A DNA stretch of 64,000 nt, from sequence record NC_048054.1; one strand, written 5' to 3'. Position numbers and translations under genes: made by a program. The notes beneath the pieces are model-generated. The model had not been told where the DNA came from. It ran no database searches and was given only the letters and a program-made list of their open reading frames with translations. Below are positions 62,356-64,000 of the stretch, piece by piece (the stretch's first letter is position 1; every line of letters begins with the position of its first letter).

Positions 62356-62409
62356 TTAAGATCTGAGCACAGCATACCTTCAAACTATACGAACAGGATC
62401 TCGGAAAAC

Positions 62410-63549
62410 ATGATCACAGAAGAATTAGGTCTTAATGCTTATCTGGCACAGCGTCTGGGAATTGAGGAATCCTCAGAGGCGTTCCAACGAGTATACGCTG
62501 CAACGATTCGTTATATTGGCAGCGGGTATAAGTCTATCGCGGGTTATCACCGCGACTTGCAAGCAGCCGTTGATTTTAAGCAGTACGAATTTACTGCTCC
62601 TGACTTGCGTATTGAGATATCTTCCATTTGTCGTTTCACGTTGAAGATGCGTTTCTTCGTGCTGGCTGTTTGCCTGCACAAGAACCCGAAAGAAACAGTT
62701 TTGAAATACGCCTCGTATGGCCTGTCGAAGCGCGAAGCCGTGTTAGCATGGAACTTGGTGCTGAAAGACGATGCGAAGCGTACACAGATTCGTCGTTGTG
62801 CGAAAGCGCGAGCGAAATCCAAAGGTGGTCTTGATATCACTATGGTCAGTAGCAATGAATTGCGCTTGCGCCTTGAGCAGTCTGCTAGCCTGTTCGGTGA
62901 GATTCACCGCAGCGCCAAGCGTCTGGTCAGAAAGAAATTGCAGTGGGTGTCAGTAAGCCACAACATTCCTATCGCGGACCTTACCTGCGATATCATGTGT
63001 AAGGTCTTGCTGTCGTATTATCAGTCTCTGCCAAATCGTTTTAGTGAGGGCCACCAGCTTAACTACTTACGTGCGTCACTGACGAACCGCATTAACAACA
63101 TGAACAACTACTACGGCGCTGAGAAGCGCAAGCGTATGAAGAAAGTGGGCGAAGACAAATACGAGATTGTGGTTATGTCTGACAATCAGATGTGGCACAA
63201 TCCAGAAGATGATTCGTCTAACTCTTATGAAGACATGTTGGGTGAGGATGCTCGCGTACACACCGAGCAGATGGAAAACAATCTGACCATCAATCGTCTT
63301 CTGGAAGATTCAGAGGGAACGAAACGCCACAAGCTGTATCAAACGGTACTCGGCCGTGATTGTGCCGAGTTCACCGAATATCTGCGTGAGAACGGAATGC
63401 TTAAACAGACCATGACGTGTGCCACTCAGTGGATAATGTCAAAGCCTACGAAGTTCATACGCAAGACTCTGGCCAAGTGGCTGGAGGTTAGCGTTGATGC
63501 TGTAACAGGCGGTCTTGAAACATTACGTGGATCATTACAGGTAGCATGA
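62410..63549 (+). CDS. putative divergent sigma70-family RNA polymerase sigma factor
   Basis: Region 2-like IADLTCDIMCKVLLSYYQSLP...LNYLRASLTNRINN; region 3-like DDSSNSYEDMLGED; region 4 HTH-like TLAKWLEVSVDAVTGGLETLRGSL. Confidence 0.5.
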   Translation: MITEELGLNAYLAQRLGIEESSEAFQRVYAATIRYIGSGYKSIAGYHRDLQAAVDFKQYEFTAPDLRIEISSICRFTLKMRFFVLAVCLHKNPKETVLKYASYGLSKREAVLAWNLVLKDDAKRTQIRRCAKARAKSKGGLDITMVSSNELRLRLEQSASLFGEIHRSAKRLVRKKLQWVSVSHNIPIADLTCDIMCKVLLSYYQSLPNRFSEGHQLNYLRASLTNRINNMNNYYGAEKRKRMKKVGEDKYEIVVMSDNQMWHNPEDDSSNSYEDMLGEDARVHTEQMENNLTINRLLEDSEGTKRHKLYQTVLGRDCAEFTEYLRENGMLKQTMTCATQWIMSKPTKFIRKTLAKWLEVSVDAVTGGLETLRGSLQVA

Positions 63550-63938
63550 GGGGTCACCATATAGTTATGCAAGCACCAATCATTAACACTGACGTAGAGC
63601 GCTGCGCTCTCGCCCTGTTCACTCGTCCGCAGCTCGACGAGGACTATAAGCGTACCGTGTTGTACCTCGTGTATAAGACTGTAAATCGTAATGGCATGAT
63701 GCAAGTCAATCGTCTGGTGTTTGAACTCAGCCAGAAGTATGGACTGAACAAAGAGGACGTGAAGTCTGCTATCAGTGCGCTCAAAGCGCCTGCGGCATTC
63801 AACTCGCTTTCTGTGTTCGTGCCTCGTGCAGATCTGAAAGCTAACCGTGTATGTCGTGTCAATTCAAATGAAGCGATTGAAAACTGGATTGCAGAAGTAG
63901 AATCGACTCGACCTCATATCACCCGCTTGTTGCAGTAG
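63546..63938 (+). CDS. hypothetical protein (possibly winged-helix-like)
   Basis: ATGA overlap; VNRLVFELSQKYGLNKEDVKSAISAL helix pair. Confidence 0.7.
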   Translation: MRGHHIVMQAPIINTDVERCALALFTRPQLDEDYKRTVLYLVYKTVNRNGMMQVNRLVFELSQKYGLNKEDVKSAISALKAPAAFNSLSVFVPRADLKANRVCRVNSNEAIENWIAEVESTRPHITRLLQ

Positions 63939-63946
63939 GGGCGTAA

Positions 63947-64000
63947 ATGGAAATGTTTTCGCTTGGCCTGGAAGTTCGGGCCATTCGAACTATAACGAAC
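63947..64000 (+). CDS. 5' start of an ORF truncated by the window end
   Basis: AGGGG RBS then ATG GAA ATG TTT (MEMFSLGLEVRAIRTITN), open to the window end. Confidence 0.55.
   Translation, partial: MEMFSLGLEVRAIRTITN

Noticed and set aside
1-64000. Prophage, plasmid or bacterial chromosome origin
   Set aside because: No integrase, repressor-cro switch, rep/par genes or housekeeping operons; single-strand gene packing with mostly novel small ORFs fits a lytic jumbo phage. A prophage cannot be strictly excluded from one window.

Overview
This 64-kb window is best read as part of a lytic jumbo dsDNA phage of an enterobacterial host. That is an inference: about 95 densely packed, overlap-coupled ORFs all lie on the + strand, there is no integrase, and a YbiI homologue points to an enterobacterial host. 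The gene set resembles the Erwinia/Dickeya jumbo myoviruses that carry their own GyrB/GyrA-like topoisomerase, but I could not test this. Recognisable products: the 3' part of an intein-interrupted RecA/UvsX (the window opens inside the intein), an AcrVA2/FinQ-family protein, a NADAR-like protein, RHH and XRE regulators, a GNAT-like protein, Tpt1/KptA, a radical SAM enzyme, YbiI (DksA/TraR family), UvsE, dUTPase, an SLT transglycosylase, an HD hydrolase, a two-subunit type IIA topoisomerase lacking the GyrA CTD, an HNH-RHH fusion and a probable divergent sigma factor. Structure no gene label explains: (i) eleven sigma70-type -10 boxes with a conserved element a fixed 32-33 nt upstream; (ii) nine Shine-Dalgarno sequences held in the loop of short hairpins whose stems co-vary; (iii) a recurrent TCTGYAAAYA motif; (iv) three candidate structured RNAs; (v) a 41-59 kb block of proteins built from a repeated Rho-N/HeH-like helical module and poly-D/E tracts, next to a histone-H1-like PAKAEK-repeat protein and the topoisomerase, which I propose as a candidate phage chromatin/condensate system. 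No database searches were run. Family calls rest on motifs recognised by eye and on remembered reference sequences.
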